DNA of 64,000 nucleotides from a virus (IMGVR_UViG_3300002895_000002:64001-128000); one strand, 5' to 3'; shown: positions 9,206 to 19,851, counted from the stretch's first letter. Made by a program: numbers and translations. The notes: generated by a model from the letters alone, not told the origin.

Positions 9206-9880
9206 ATGAAGATTTTTGGACCGATAGACATAAACCTGAACCAGGCCATCGAGCTTGGCCTGGAGAGACTGCCTGACTTTCCGCCGGTAGATGATGCCAA
9301 GCTCGGCCGGGTGTTCTTCCATCTCGGGAACTCCACTGCATACCTATGCATTCTTGAGTATGACCCGCTGAATCCAACTACCACACCGATCTGGAAGAAC
9401 ATTGGCGGCGGTGCAGAGATCAGCGACACTGAAGTTACTCTGTTCAAGACGTGGTCGTCCCAGAAGATTCGTGATGAGATCGACCTGGCCAAGCTCAACC
9501 GTCAGACGGTGTATGACATTGCTGGATCTATCCATGGGGTTGTGCCGGGTGGTGAAGTTGCAGTCATGCGTTTCGTTGCTGTTACACCGTTCTACTTCGA
9601 GAACAACTTCCCGAACAGCCAAGGGCGGTGTGAGAATGTGGATCACATGGGCATCGACCTGGGCATAGTCATCTCGTTCACTATGTGCAAGAACGGTGTA
9701 CCATTTGGACAGATGACATTCACCTCTGAATATGCGGTGTTCACTGGGCCGCGGACAGACTTCGAGATTCGGGATGTGCTGACTGTACTCTCACCAGCAG
9801 TCGTGCCAACGGTTGAGTTTGCTGGAAACCCATACACGCCATCCAATGCCGAATGGACATTGGTTGCTACTTTACGATAG
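9206..9880 (+). CDS. putative virion fibre/structural protein
   Basis: MKIFGPIDINLNQ N-module and TWSSQKI motif shared with other genes in the cluster; ATAAATA at 9192. Confidence 0.65.
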   Translation: MKIFGPIDINLNQAIELGLERLPDFPPVDDAKLGRVFFHLGNSTAYLCILEYDPLNPTTTPIWKNIGGGAEISDTEVTLFKTWSSQKIRDEIDLAKLNRQTVYDIAGSIHGVVPGGEVAVMRFVAVTPFYFENNFPNSQGRCENVDHMGIDLGIVISFTMCKNGVPFGQMTFTSEYAVFTGPRTDFEIRDVLTVLSPAVVPTVEFAGNPYTPSNAEWTLVATLR

Positions 9881-9886
9881 GAGAAT

Positions 9887-11101
9887 ATGATGGGTCACTT
9901 TGTTAGAAAGCATGGGTTCGTCTCATGGCCTGATCTGATAGGAGACGTGGTTACCGAGATGAGCAATAACGGCTTCAATCTCGTTTTCACGGGTGTGGAT
10001 AAGTACACGTTGGAGGCCACAGCCACGGTAGATCCGTTGGCTGCTACCCAACCTTGGCGGATTCACTTTGATGCTGCTTACTTTGAGTACAAGTATCTCC
10101 CGCCGATTTCCACGAACCATGTTGTGAATGTTGACAACGAGTTCGTAAAGATTGTGGATGTGCCTGAAGATGTTTCCGGACGGCTTCGTTGTCAAACCAA
10201 GCGTGTTACTGACTACGGAAAGATCTACGTCGGTACACCCATTCAACTCCCTGATGATGGAAGTGTAGCTTCGTATTCCCCGACCATTCGGATGTATGAC
10301 AAGTATCTCCGGAAAGTTACGAAGATCTTCCCAGGTCAGCTTTACACCCAGATCCCGACGACTGCCTATAACTTCGACCAAACCTCGGAGATCTCTCATC
10401 CGTCCGATGACTTTGTGCCGGGCAACATCGATACGATCTTCAACAGCATCGACATGAACCCGTGCAATCCATGCACTTACACGTTGGCCATCAGTGATCA
10501 CGGGTTTGTTCTCTCGGTCGTATCTGAAAGCAAGGCGTTGGGTACCGGAAATTTCTGGATGAACTGTCAGCGATTGGTTGACAGTAAGACCGGGGAGATC
10601 TTCACCACGGGTCACAGTCCGGTAGTTTGCCTGTATCACATCGATGTTCTTGATACCGAGACCACCACATTCGTTCTCGGTGACGATAACGTCTTCGTTC
10701 CTGACTGTCTATCATTCAATCTTGCTCGTTATGACAACACCAACATGATCATCATCAGGGAAGCGGATGTATATGCTCCAAACCTACCGGTGCCGGTCAA
10801 TCAGAGCAACCAGTACATCAACGGAATATGGAATGCCAATAAGCAGCTCTCCATCTCCAAGACGGATGAGTATATCGTGAACTTCCCCGACGGCATCACC
10901 ACTGACCGTCACTTTTATCCGAACATGCGGATAGACATGGTAGGCTTCATCTCGGCTCAGGTAATCGCTGAAAGCTCGGTCTTCCCCATCACCCTGCATG
11001 AGGAACCGACACAACGTACATACATTGCACAAAGATCCAATGTGGGTTACATGGAAGGCTCACGGATGGTCATGCAGAAATCCGGTCAAGGAATTGACTA
11101 A
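9887..11101 (+). CDS. putative virion structural protein (paralog of 11123-12331)
   Basis: Shared blocks VDPL..TQ.WR, QLPD.G, Y.LAISD.G, QRLVD..TGE, IRE.DV.AP, FP.G..T.RH.Y. Confidence 0.7.
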   Translation: MMGHFVRKHGFVSWPDLIGDVVTEMSNNGFNLVFTGVDKYTLEATATVDPLAATQPWRIHFDAAYFEYKYLPPISTNHVVNVDNEFVKIVDVPEDVSGRLRCQTKRVTDYGKIYVGTPIQLPDDGSVASYSPTIRMYDKYLRKVTKIFPGQLYTQIPTTAYNFDQTSEISHPSDDFVPGNIDTIFNSIDMNPCNPCTYTLAISDHGFVLSVVSESKALGTGNFWMNCQRLVDSKTGEIFTTGHSPVVCLYHIDVLDTETTTFVLGDDNVFVPDCLSFNLARYDNTNMIIIREADVYAPNLPVPVNQSNQYINGIWNANKQLSISKTDEYIVNFPDGITTDRHFYPNMRIDMVGFISAQVIAESSVFPITLHEEPTQRTYIAQRSNVGYMEGSRMVMQKSGQGID

Positions 11102-11122
11102 ACACTAAAGGAGAAATAACTC

Positions 11123-12331
11123 ATGGGATTCACTGTTGAAAGAGGCGGATTCGTAGATATCGCAACGCTGATGAACGCCATCATTAACGATCTTGCTGGA
11201 CACGGCTTCACCCCGAAGTATGTAGACCTCGGAGCAACCACTGACACTCCAGGAACTATGACTGCCACCAAGGCTACCTTTGAGGTAAGCTCGGCTGTTG
11301 ACCCACTCAATGGTACACAGACCTGGCGTCTGATGGTGGACGGTACTGTCCCGGGTGGCCATGTTGTTTTTGGTACTGCTCTTCAGCTTCCGGATACTGG
11401 CGAATGCTACAGGAGCAACGGCACGGTCGTTCCTGCTGGTAACACCACATTCATGGCTGACATCAAGGGCTCGTTCGGTGCACCGTTTGCTGACGCTGCT
11501 TACATCAACCCGGCTACTCCGTGGAGCTACCGTCTGGCTATCTCCGATCGCGGCCTGGTTCTCGAGACCTGGCAGAACGCTCCGATTGCTCAGCGTCGGT
11601 TCTCCTGGTTCTGCGCACAGCGACTGGTTGATGCGCGGACTGGTGAGGTGTATGTAGTAGGCCATGCACCGGTAGTTGCTCTCGGTTCGTTCAATGCTTC
11701 CGCTACGGTCAGCAAGATTGTCATCCGTGAGAACGACGTGTTTGCTCCGACTCCGCCGGAAGTCGTCTCGGCCAACTCTGACTACATTGGTGCTGTCATC
11801 AATGCCGTGAAGCAGATCAGTCTGGCAGAGTCCAACCAGTACTACGTCACCTTCCCGGCCGGCTTCAACACCGAACGGCATCTGTACAACGAAGAGATGG
11901 ACATGCTGGCATTCACCTCTGCTGGTGTTCTCTCCCAGTTCAACGATGCGGTCATCAACGTCTACGGTCACCGTAACATTCAGGTCGTCAACGGTACCTT
12001 CGCCAACACCGCTCTCATCAAGGGTACCGAGATTGTTGGTGTTACTTCCGGTGCACGTGCCAAGATCCTTGCTCTGAATAACGAGGCAGGTACCTGGAGC
12101 ATCGGCACTGGTACTGGTGTTCTCTTCGTCTCCATGTGCGGCGGGGAGTTCGTTGACGGTGAGCTCCTGAAGATTGGTACTCCTACCGGTGATACCCTGG
12201 CTACTACCGAGATCATCTCCCAGGAGTCCACTGTCATCACCCGTACCTACAAGGGCGGCAATGCCAACTACATCAACGACTCCGAGGGTATGCGGATTCT
12301 CATTCTGGTTGGTGGCGGCGGAGTAGTCTAA
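11123..12331 (+). CDS. putative virion structural protein (paralog of 9887-11101)
   Basis: Same shared blocks; RBS AAGGAG. Confidence 0.7.
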   Translation: MGFTVERGGFVDIATLMNAIINDLAGHGFTPKYVDLGATTDTPGTMTATKATFEVSSAVDPLNGTQTWRLMVDGTVPGGHVVFGTALQLPDTGECYRSNGTVVPAGNTTFMADIKGSFGAPFADAAYINPATPWSYRLAISDRGLVLETWQNAPIAQRRFSWFCAQRLVDARTGEVYVVGHAPVVALGSFNASATVSKIVIRENDVFAPTPPEVVSANSDYIGAVINAVKQISLAESNQYYVTFPAGFNTERHLYNEEMDMLAFTSAGVLSQFNDAVINVYGHRNIQVVNGTFANTALIKGTEIVGVTSGARAKILALNNEAGTWSIGTGTGVLFVSMCGGEFVDGELLKIGTPTGDTLATTEIISQESTVITRTYKGGNANYINDSEGMRILILVGGGGVV

Positions 12332-14062
12332 GTGTTCATTCCAAGAGGGACCATAGCGAGGCTGCCATTTGACGGCAGCCTCGCGGATGTTATCGGTACA
12401 TCCGATGCCACCCTTTTGGATGGAGTGGCTCAGTACAGCACTGAGGCCGTGGATAACCAGTGCTTCGTTGCCAACGGTGTGGAGTATGCCAGTATGCCCT
12501 TCACACCCACTACCGAGTGGACCGTACTCTTCTACTCTAGACCAACAGTCAGTGAGCAGAATGCCAGTTCGTCTTTCTTCATCCTGGACGACGGTGTTGG
12601 GAGATATGGCATAGGGGTGTACATGCCACCGGGCTACGGCGAAGATGAGTATAGCCTGGGGAACCACGGTGGATGGGGTTCGCTTGGACTCATCAACAGC
12701 AATGACGTGCCATCCTATACGGATAGTCAGATGCTGATCATGGACCCGCTCTTCCAAGCATGGGCACTGCGGCTGAGCGGTGGATCGGTGGATGTGTTCC
12801 TGAACGGTGTCAAGCTGCCGGTGTCCATCACCAATCTACCGGTACTCACTGCACCCACGGCGTATCTCTTCGGGAATGCTGATGACGGGGGTTTGGTCAC
12901 CAGGACCGACGAGCTGGTAATCAGTGAGGTTGCTCTGACCGATGAGGAGATCCTGGAATGGGTGAACCGCAGGAGACCATTGAAGCTCACGTTCTACCGT
13001 AGGCCTGTCACAGTGCAGTTCATCAAGGCAGAACGGAGTGATGCACTGTTGGTGGATGCCAAGCCTGCGGTGAAGAAGATCCGCTCCACCGAGAAGCAGG
13101 TGAGTATTCTCCCAGAGTGGTTGGCATCATCCCAGAAGTACACCATGAGCACTGAGTTCAGCAAAACTACCAGAAATCTGCTGATGAATCCGGCCATCCC
13201 GTCGTATGTGAAGAAGCTCACTAGTGTGCACCATGAGCATATGATCAAGCGGGATGTCATCAAAAGAACTAGGCAGTCAACCGCGAACATCCAGCAGATG
13301 CGGTTGATAGTTGGTGAAGGCAGAGGTCATCTGAACATTGCTCTACCGAAGTACAAGGAAGCACTGCATGTCTCAACGATCGCGGCCGGGTACAGTCTGG
13401 TCGAGGGCATGGGACGGTTCGGTTATCTGAACGGAGCGGCGTTCAAGTTCATCACTGACCAGGAGCATAACGAAGCCGTCCAGATGATCTATGAGACATC
13501 AGCAGTCATCTCTCACCTCGGGCAAGTCCAACGAGCCATGGAAGAAGCAGGTAGGTTGGCCAAGATTGTCCAGCAGCGGATGGTCAACGAAACCCAGCAG
13601 AAGTCCCATGTTACCAATCAGACGATGCAGAGTACGGCAGTCAGACCAAACATTGCCACCATCGTTACCAACAGCGATCCGCTCCTGAACAAGAAGATCA
13701 CCTCCAACGGTTTCGCTGATAGAAAGTATCAGCTGCCGAAGACGAAGGTGATTGTTCCCGGCACGATAGATCCGCAACGGCCGAAGATTCAGACGACCGT
13801 TCGTACTCCAATCAAGAAGCAACCTGTCATTCGTCGTGGGGTAAGCCACGAAGGTAAATACATAAAAAGAGAGCTGAATGTTGCGGTGAATGCTGAGGAG
13901 AAGGCGTTCATCAAGAAGATTGCTCCACAGAACCCCACTGTCCGGGCGAGCTATGCTAAGTATCTCGACAAGAAGAGAAAACTCAGCAAGTATGTCACGT
14001 CGAGTACAGGCAACATTCAGCGCATCATCATAAACTGCACCCCGTGGAAAGGTGAAGAATAA
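12332..14062 (+). CDS. hypothetical protein with N-terminal LamG/concanavalin-like domain
   Basis: LPFDGSL..., VDVFLNGV, DELVISEVALTDEEI pattern; basic C-terminal half. Confidence 0.6.
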   Translation: MFIPRGTIARLPFDGSLADVIGTSDATLLDGVAQYSTEAVDNQCFVANGVEYASMPFTPTTEWTVLFYSRPTVSEQNASSSFFILDDGVGRYGIGVYMPPGYGEDEYSLGNHGGWGSLGLINSNDVPSYTDSQMLIMDPLFQAWALRLSGGSVDVFLNGVKLPVSITNLPVLTAPTAYLFGNADDGGLVTRTDELVISEVALTDEEILEWVNRRRPLKLTFYRRPVTVQFIKAERSDALLVDAKPAVKKIRSTEKQVSILPEWLASSQKYTMSTEFSKTTRNLLMNPAIPSYVKKLTSVHHEHMIKRDVIKRTRQSTANIQQMRLIVGEGRGHLNIALPKYKEALHVSTIAAGYSLVEGMGRFGYLNGAAFKFITDQEHNEAVQMIYETSAVISHLGQVQRAMEEAGRLAKIVQQRMVNETQQKSHVTNQTMQSTAVRPNIATIVTNSDPLLNKKITSNGFADRKYQLPKTKVIVPGTIDPQRPKIQTTVRTPIKKQPVIRRGVSHEGKYIKRELNVAVNAEEKAFIKKIAPQNPTVRASYAKYLDKKRKLSKYVTSSTGNIQRIIINCTPWKGEE

Positions 14063-14970
14063 TGCCGACAGTTTACACCACAACGCCGAACCTGGGCCTG
14101 AAGAAAATCGCTGACGGTGAGCGTAACTGGGGTCCATTCACCCGGGAGAACCTGGATAAGCTTGACCTCATCTCCGCCTATCTGTTGTCAAGCGGTAAGA
14201 TCAAGATCGGTCTCACACCTCAGTCAGCTGCACTTGTTGGTAAGGCGAATGAGCCGGTTATTTACGGCATCCAGGGAGCAGTCACCTCCTGGTACGAGCT
14301 CCGTTATCCCAACTCCGACAGTGCTGCCTTTTGGGTCATTCCTGGATGCATCACTGCTGACTTCACCAATGACCTGCTGAAAGCCACAATCCGCTGGAAG
14401 ACTCCCACTGTCGGTCCGGTGGTGTGGCAAGTCCAGATGGCCGCGATCCTACCGGGTGATGCCATGGATGTGGTGATGCAACCGGCCAGACTGTTCTCGG
14501 CAGTGGCTGCTGCTGGTGCTGAGAAGATGGTGGAGTCGGAGATCACCTTCACCCCGACCATGCAGGAACTCCGAGCCGGTTACCCGTGCATCATCTCCAT
14601 ATCCAGATTGGCGACTGATCCGGGAGACACACTGGCTGATGTGGCGAATCTGGTTGACGGCAGTGTAACCCTGAGCCTGCCGTTCGTTCAGCCGACCTTC
14701 ACCATCAACACTGGAGACATCGTGGGTGAACCGGATGCTTCCCAGGCAGTGTACAGCTATGACGCTGAAGGACGTGTCATTGGAGTCAGCGAGATGGTTG
14801 ACAGCGTGCTGAAGACCACCACGATCACCTACTACCCTGATGCAGACCCGAACTATCCGGAAGGGAAGATCCACACCGTCGCTGAGCAGTACGGCGGCAC
14901 AACCCGCACCGAGACCTACACCTACAATCCGGATGGTACCATAGCTGGAATGACAGCCACGGTGGTGTAA
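14062..14970 (+). CDS. putative virion protein with C-terminal YD-like repeats
   Basis: YSYDAEGRV and YTYNPDGTI motifs; coupled to the upstream ORF. Confidence 0.6.
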   Translation: MPTVYTTTPNLGLKKIADGERNWGPFTRENLDKLDLISAYLLSSGKIKIGLTPQSAALVGKANEPVIYGIQGAVTSWYELRYPNSDSAAFWVIPGCITADFTNDLLKATIRWKTPTVGPVVWQVQMAAILPGDAMDVVMQPARLFSAVAAAGAEKMVESEITFTPTMQELRAGYPCIISISRLATDPGDTLADVANLVDGSVTLSLPFVQPTFTINTGDIVGEPDASQAVYSYDAEGRVIGVSEMVDSVLKTTTITYYPDADPNYPEGKIHTVAEQYGGTTRTETYTYNPDGTIAGMTATVV

Positions 14971-14972
14971 TC

Positions 14973-15569
14973 ATGCCAGTCCTGAAGAGAGAAGGGTATG
15001 ATGTCTATACCTCACCCCTAGACACACGGTTCGCCAACAACACTCTGTGGAGCCTTGGGAACTTCTACAACGGTCAGACCATCCACTTCTCTCGGACATC
15101 CACATCCAACATCGTCTGGGGGACTACCTACAAGGTGCACATGGTATGGCGGATGATCTCTGGTGGAGGTTATCATCAACTCGTGCATCGGTCTGCTGGT
15201 GGAGTGGACACCTACTTCCCGCTGCCGTACGAAGGGCTCGGTAACGCGGTGGCGAACGCATGGAGAACCACCAAGTATGACATCGTGATCGACCATACAT
15301 CACCGGGTGTCATCAACATCACCGGGCTTTACAAAACCGGCCCATTCAGCTTCAGCGGTGCCACCGATCCTATCCCAAGCATTCCACTGAACGTCACTGT
15401 AAACGTACCAGTAGAAGACGGTAGGCTGAACATCTACGTCGGTAACGGTGGATGGTGGGAGTTGTACATCGTGGATGACCTCGAGGACCAAGGTCCACTT
15501 ATGGGCTCCTATGTGAAAGCGGCAAGACCAGATTCAACTTACATCACAAATGCCCCGATTTCTGGATGA
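14973..15569 (+). CDS. hypothetical protein
   Basis: 198 aa ORF in operon context. Confidence 0.6.
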   Translation: MPVLKREGYDVYTSPLDTRFANNTLWSLGNFYNGQTIHFSRTSTSNIVWGTTYKVHMVWRMISGGGYHQLVHRSAGGVDTYFPLPYEGLGNAVANAWRTTKYDIVIDHTSPGVINITGLYKTGPFSFSGATDPIPSIPLNVTVNVPVEDGRLNIYVGNGGWWELYIVDDLEDQGPLMGSYVKAARPDSTYITNAPISG

Positions 15570-15584
15570 TAAATAAGGCTGACC

Positions 15585-16100
15585 ATGATAAACATAGCCA
15601 AGATCATATCCGTCGTCAAGTCTCTGCTCGTCAACTATTACACCAAGAGCCAGGTTGACAATTTGGTGGTAAGCGGTCTTTTCTGGAAATCTCCAGTAGA
15701 CACTTATGCCGACCTAGCCACTACCTACCCAACACCGGAGGAAGGGTGGACTGTTTCCGTATCGGACACCAATGAGGTCTATCGGTACAATGCGGTAGCA
15801 CCTGATGTGGGTTGGCTACGGATTGACAGCGGCGCACTTGCCACTACCGAGGTTGCTGGCAGAATTGAGCTTGCCACATCGGCAGAAGTAACAGCAGGCA
15901 CCGATAGCACACGTGCCGTTGTTCCGTCTACTCTCAAGACCGAGTTGGATAAAAAAGAGGACGATCTGGGCAACCCGTCCATAAACGGACAGATGCTGGT
16001 AAGTACCACAACTGGCGTAAGATCATGGGCCACGCCACCAACAGGCGGAAGTGGAGGAGCTGACATTGAAGGACTTTTTCACATGCAAGATCATGGATAA
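15585..16100 (+). CDS. putative tail-fibre-like protein
   Basis: WKSPVDTYADLATTYP and ATTEVAGRIELATSAEV fibre-type motifs; ATAAATA at 15569. Confidence 0.6.
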   Translation: MINIAKIISVVKSLLVNYYTKSQVDNLVVSGLFWKSPVDTYADLATTYPTPEEGWTVSVSDTNEVYRYNAVAPDVGWLRIDSGALATTEVAGRIELATSAEVTAGTDSTRAVVPSTLKTELDKKEDDLGNPSINGQMLVSTTTGVRSWATPPTGGSGGADIEGLFHMQDHG

Positions 16101-16110
16101 GGAGAAATAG

Positions 16111-16653
16111 ATGAGGATTCTCGGTAACGTCAACCTCAAACATAACCAACTTCAAGAGTCAATTATGGAGTTGGTTTCATCTTTTCCGGCCGCTTCAGTC
16201 GGAAAGTTCGTTTTCAGGTTGGATCTGGCACAGGCATATATCTGCATCAGTGATTCGCCGGTTGCCTGGTTGCCTATCGGTAATAAAGCAGCCTATGTGC
16301 ATTATCAAGCTGTTCCTGCGATGTTGTGGACCGTCACCCATAACTTCGACAGCACCGACCTCTTCTTTGAGGTGTATGACACTGCGGGGAATGTGATCAT
16401 TGCTGATGAGATCACTATCGTTGATGCCAACTCCATTACCGTGTCATTCGGCACCTCCTCAGTGTCTGGTAGAGTTGTCATTGCCGCTCTTGACGGCAAT
16501 GCTGCACAAAATCTTCAGCTCATCAACGATGCATTGGAAGGACCTAACACCACATGGTCATCCGATAAGATCGCTGCCGAGATTGCTGCTGGTGGCGGAG
16601 GAGGCGGTGGAGTAATGGATGGGCTGCATCTGATGGGTGGTATGGGTGAGTAG
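16111..16653 (+). CDS. putative virion fibre module protein
   Basis: MRILGNVNL N-module, W.VTHN beta module, TWSSDKI and Gly linker. Confidence 0.65.
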   Translation: MRILGNVNLKHNQLQESIMELVSSFPAASVGKFVFRLDLAQAYICISDSPVAWLPIGNKAAYVHYQAVPAMLWTVTHNFDSTDLFFEVYDTAGNVIIADEITIVDANSITVSFGTSSVSGRVVIAALDGNAAQNLQLINDALEGPNTTWSSDKIAAEIAAGGGGGGGVMDGLHLMGGMGE

Positions 16654-16705
16654 AACACATCCACGAGCTGATAAATAGACATAGTTCAATACGGAGGATA
16701 ATCAC

Positions 16706-17047
16706 ATGGCAGTTTACACACCTGTTTCACTTTACCAAGGCGTTCTTGTTGATAGCGATACGGAAATTATTACCGACGTCGCCAACAAGACTATCATCAA
16801 GGAAATCATTCTCTGCAACACCACCGGAAACATCGTAAACGTCGACCTGAAAAAGCTTCTTTCCGGCGAAACTGTACCTGCAGCTAAGAACATCCTGTTC
16901 AATTCAAACGGGTTGACCCTTCAAGCCTTTGAGACCAAACAACTCACTCTGAGCATTGTTCTCGAGACTGGTGATTCTCTCTGGGCCAAGAGTAATGCTG
17001 CTTCTTCGGTTGCATGCCAGGTTTCCGGCGTCAGCGTAACGGCATAA
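16706..17047 (+). CDS. hypothetical virion protein
   Basis: RBS GGAGG; ATAAATA at 16671. Confidence 0.65.
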   Translation: MAVYTPVSLYQGVLVDSDTEIITDVANKTIIKEIILCNTTGNIVNVDLKKLLSGETVPAAKNILFNSNGLTLQAFETKQLTLSIVLETGDSLWAKSNAASSVACQVSGVSVTA

Positions 17048-17059
17048 GGAGACTATGCA

Positions 17060-18112
17060 ATGATTCATAGCTCGCTCGGCACGGTTGTCCAAGAGACATC
17101 CAACTTTCTGGTGGAAGAGAAGATTATTGCTTCTCCAACTACCTCCGTCACTTTCTCAGATCTAGATGGGATAAAAGATGCTGGTTATGTCCTGGAGATC
17201 GCCGGCATTATTAACTCAGCCGCTGCCTCACGTTGGTTCTGTTATGTCAATGGCGATACTACCTTAGCAAACTATCATTCAACATGGGTCGGTCAATCCA
17301 GCAATACCGGGGGCACAGCGGCATACTCAATAGTAGCCGAGCCTTATCAAGCATTTGGTGTTGGGGTAGGCACGCGAGTCTTTTCAAAGGCAGATATTCT
17401 CTTCTGTCCCGGAAGTGGTCTCACTACCTTTTTCTCAATGACACGTTCATTCCATCCAACTTCTACAACAAACGGTGGTTGGTCTGGATATCATGAACAT
17501 CGTGTTGCACAAGTAAACATCACCTCGCTTACTATAACATCGGATGTTGCTAATGCAATAGGAGCTGGAACTGTCATTCGTTTGTATCGCAAGAAGCAGG
17601 GCGTTCCTTCGGCGTTTCCATCGGCACAAGGGATGCTGGTTGCGGACATTCTAGTTCCTACCAATGTAACACAGATTGACATCACTGGTCTGGATGCAAA
17701 TCTGCATGGTGGATATACCATTCTTGCCAATGTAAGTAATGCAACATCATCATCTTCATTGATTTCATGTTATGTGAATGACGATGTAACCGCTGCTAAC
17801 TATTATACACAACAAATAAACGCCGATTCAACATCTTTGACTGCTACCAGATATAACACCAATAGATGTATGGCAATGGAAGCTTCTCTTGGAGCTGCTG
17901 TTTTTGGAATGATTGAAGTTTCTTTAGGTGGTGGTGATAGGTGCAGGATTTCATCGACTACCTCAAGAGGCAATGGATCTGGGATTACCATTGACCAAGA
18001 GTTCTGTACAAAGGTCGCAACTGTTTCTAATATTACCAAGTTATCTTTTGTTGCTGCAGTTGCCAGTTCCATAGCTGCAGGATCAAGGATTAGTGTGTAT
18101 CGTCGCAAATAA
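17060..18112 (+). CDS. putative receptor-binding protein with two internal repeats (paralog of 18761-19765)
   Basis: LVEEKI..TSVTFS.L and LVADI..QIDITGLDANLHGGY modules; ends in RRK. Confidence 0.65.
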   Translation: MIHSSLGTVVQETSNFLVEEKIIASPTTSVTFSDLDGIKDAGYVLEIAGIINSAAASRWFCYVNGDTTLANYHSTWVGQSSNTGGTAAYSIVAEPYQAFGVGVGTRVFSKADILFCPGSGLTTFFSMTRSFHPTSTTNGGWSGYHEHRVAQVNITSLTITSDVANAIGAGTVIRLYRKKQGVPSAFPSAQGMLVADILVPTNVTQIDITGLDANLHGGYTILANVSNATSSSSLISCYVNDDVTAANYYTQQINADSTSLTATRYNTNRCMAMEASLGAAVFGMIEVSLGGGDRCRISSTTSRGNGSGITIDQEFCTKVATVSNITKLSFVAAVASSIAAGSRISVYRRK

Positions 18113-18136
18113 CACTTTACCATAGGAGAAACACTC

Positions 18137-18736
18137 ATGGCAACAAATAAGATTCTTTCGTTCGATGCATCCACTGGTGAAATGACCGAGACCACCGTGC
18201 CGTTCGTGCTCCCGGACGTTGCTGCACTCAAGGAGCAGAAGAAGGCTGAAATCGAGGCTGCTTGTGCCGCCGAGATCAACAACGGGACCGAACTTGGCCT
18301 GCTCAGCTCACTCGGCTATCGGGTCTATGACGCCAAGGAGGACCTCGGGAACTACCAGGTTGCTCTTGCCGCCATGCAAGCTCAGGGGATGACCGAGAGA
18401 ACAATCAAGGTGAAGGACCCGGTTGATCCGTTCAAGACTGTCACCGAAGCACAACTCAAGATCATCCTGGGTGAACTGACTGTTCGGGGCGACAATCTGT
18501 TCCTGAAGAAGTTCACGTTGAAGGGTCAGGCAGATGCCATTACCCAGGAAGCATATGAAGCTGCTTATGCTGCTGGTGTAGCAACTGCCCAAGCCGCCGT
18601 GGTCGCCGCTGCTGCTCTTCCGGAAACAACGGATGAGGAGAAGGCAGCAAAGGCTGATGCAGTTGCCGCTGCTGCTGCTGCTCTCGAAGTTGCTGAATTG
18701 AAGACCGACTATCTCTTCGAAACGATCGTTTGGTAA
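18137..18736 (+). CDS. putative tail-fibre assembly chaperone-like protein
   Basis: LKEQKKAEIEAACAAEI pattern and position between fibre paralogs. Confidence 0.5.
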   Translation: MATNKILSFDASTGEMTETTVPFVLPDVAALKEQKKAEIEAACAAEINNGTELGLLSSLGYRVYDAKEDLGNYQVALAAMQAQGMTERTIKVKDPVDPFKTVTEAQLKIILGELTVRGDNLFLKKFTLKGQADAITQEAYEAAYAAGVATAQAAVVAAAALPETTDEEKAAKADAVAAAAAALEVAELKTDYLFETIVW

Positions 18737-18760
18737 TCCAACAGAAAGGGAGACATCAAT

Positions 18761-19765
18761 ATGATCAGTTCATCTTTCGGTCAACAACTTGCACAGTATC
18801 AGACGAGTTTCTTGGTTGAGGAGAAGATTCTCGCTGCGGCGGCCACCTCGGTAACCTTTAGTAACCTGAATGCACTACGTGATGGTGGGTATACTATTGA
18901 TATCTTAGCCATATCCAACACAACAGGCCAACCCAATATAAATCTCATAGTTAACGGTGATACCAACACCGCTAATTATACCGGCAGAATGATGTATGCA
19001 TCCAGCAACAGTGCTCTAGGTTTAGCAACAACCAATCGCATATCTGCTCTTGCTCCAGCTGTCGGTCAACTATGTGCATCATTTACTGATGTTGCATTTG
19101 CTGGTGGAAAGATATCGGCTTATACAAGAGCTACCGATCAGTTCCCGGAAGTCTTTGTTGTTGGTACTCAATACACACCAACAGTAAGCAATATCACTTC
19201 TATTACTATCGAATGTGCAACTGCATCTGGATTGGCTGCAGGAACGATCATTCGTCTTTATCGTAAGCTTAACGGAAACACCGCGACATTTACTCCACTT
19301 CAGAACAATCTTGTTGCGGACATCATGATTACATCAGCAGCTACTCAGGTGGACATTACTGGGTTGGATGCAAATCTTCATGGTGGCTATGATGTTATTT
19401 TTTGTGGTGTGCCTGGTGTAGCAAGTGCTATTAATACCTACATAAATGGTGATACCAATAATGCAAATTACGCAGGAAGAAGAATATATACTTCCGGCAG
19501 CGGCACCCCGGGTGAATCGGTTCTGCAATCCTTTGCGACATCAGATACACAGTTGGCATTCGCAAAAATTAATATAAGTCCTGTGATTAATTCCAAAGCT
19601 TTAATGCTGAGTCATTTCAGTTATCAAGGTGCAGGAACTGAATATCTTATGTATACCTCAGTTAGATATAGAATAGCAATTTCAAACATAAACCAACTTT
19701 CATTTGTTGGCACAACAAATGCTTTCGGTGTAGGATCAAGATTCCAGGTGTACCGTAGGAAATAA
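18761..19765 (+). CDS. putative receptor-binding protein with two internal repeats (paralog of 17060-18112)
   Basis: Same two-module architecture and terminal RRK. Confidence 0.65.
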   Translation: MISSSFGQQLAQYQTSFLVEEKILAAAATSVTFSNLNALRDGGYTIDILAISNTTGQPNINLIVNGDTNTANYTGRMMYASSNSALGLATTNRISALAPAVGQLCASFTDVAFAGGKISAYTRATDQFPEVFVVGTQYTPTVSNITSITIECATASGLAAGTIIRLYRKLNGNTATFTPLQNNLVADIMITSAATQVDITGLDANLHGGYDVIFCGVPGVASAINTYINGDTNNANYAGRRIYTSGSGTPGESVLQSFATSDTQLAFAKINISPVINSKALMLSHFSYQGAGTEYLMYTSVRYRIAISNINQLSFVGTTNAFGVGSRFQVYRRK

Positions 19766-19777
19766 AAGGCCTTTAAC

Positions 19778-19828
19778 TTGACTACCGAGTCTCATCTATC
19801 TACACTGATAAATAGACTCGGTAGTCAA
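19778..19828 (+). promoter_or_regulatory. overlapping sigma70 and late promoters within a 15-bp inverted repeat
   Basis: TTGACT(19778)-17 nt-TACACT(19801); ATAAATA 19808-19814; IR TTGACTACCGAGTCT/AGACTCGGTAGTCAA. Confidence 0.7.
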
Positions 19829-19851
19829 CCATCGTATGAAAGGATGGAACA

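Noticed and set aside
11105-12757. 550-aa minus-strand ORF
   Set aside because: Antisense shadow of real + strand genes caused by codon bias; no RBS or motif. The same applies to 22416-23375, 48597-49457 and similar.
17060-19765. Diversity-generating retroelement
   Set aside because: No reverse transcriptase and no template/variable repeat pair differing only at adenines.
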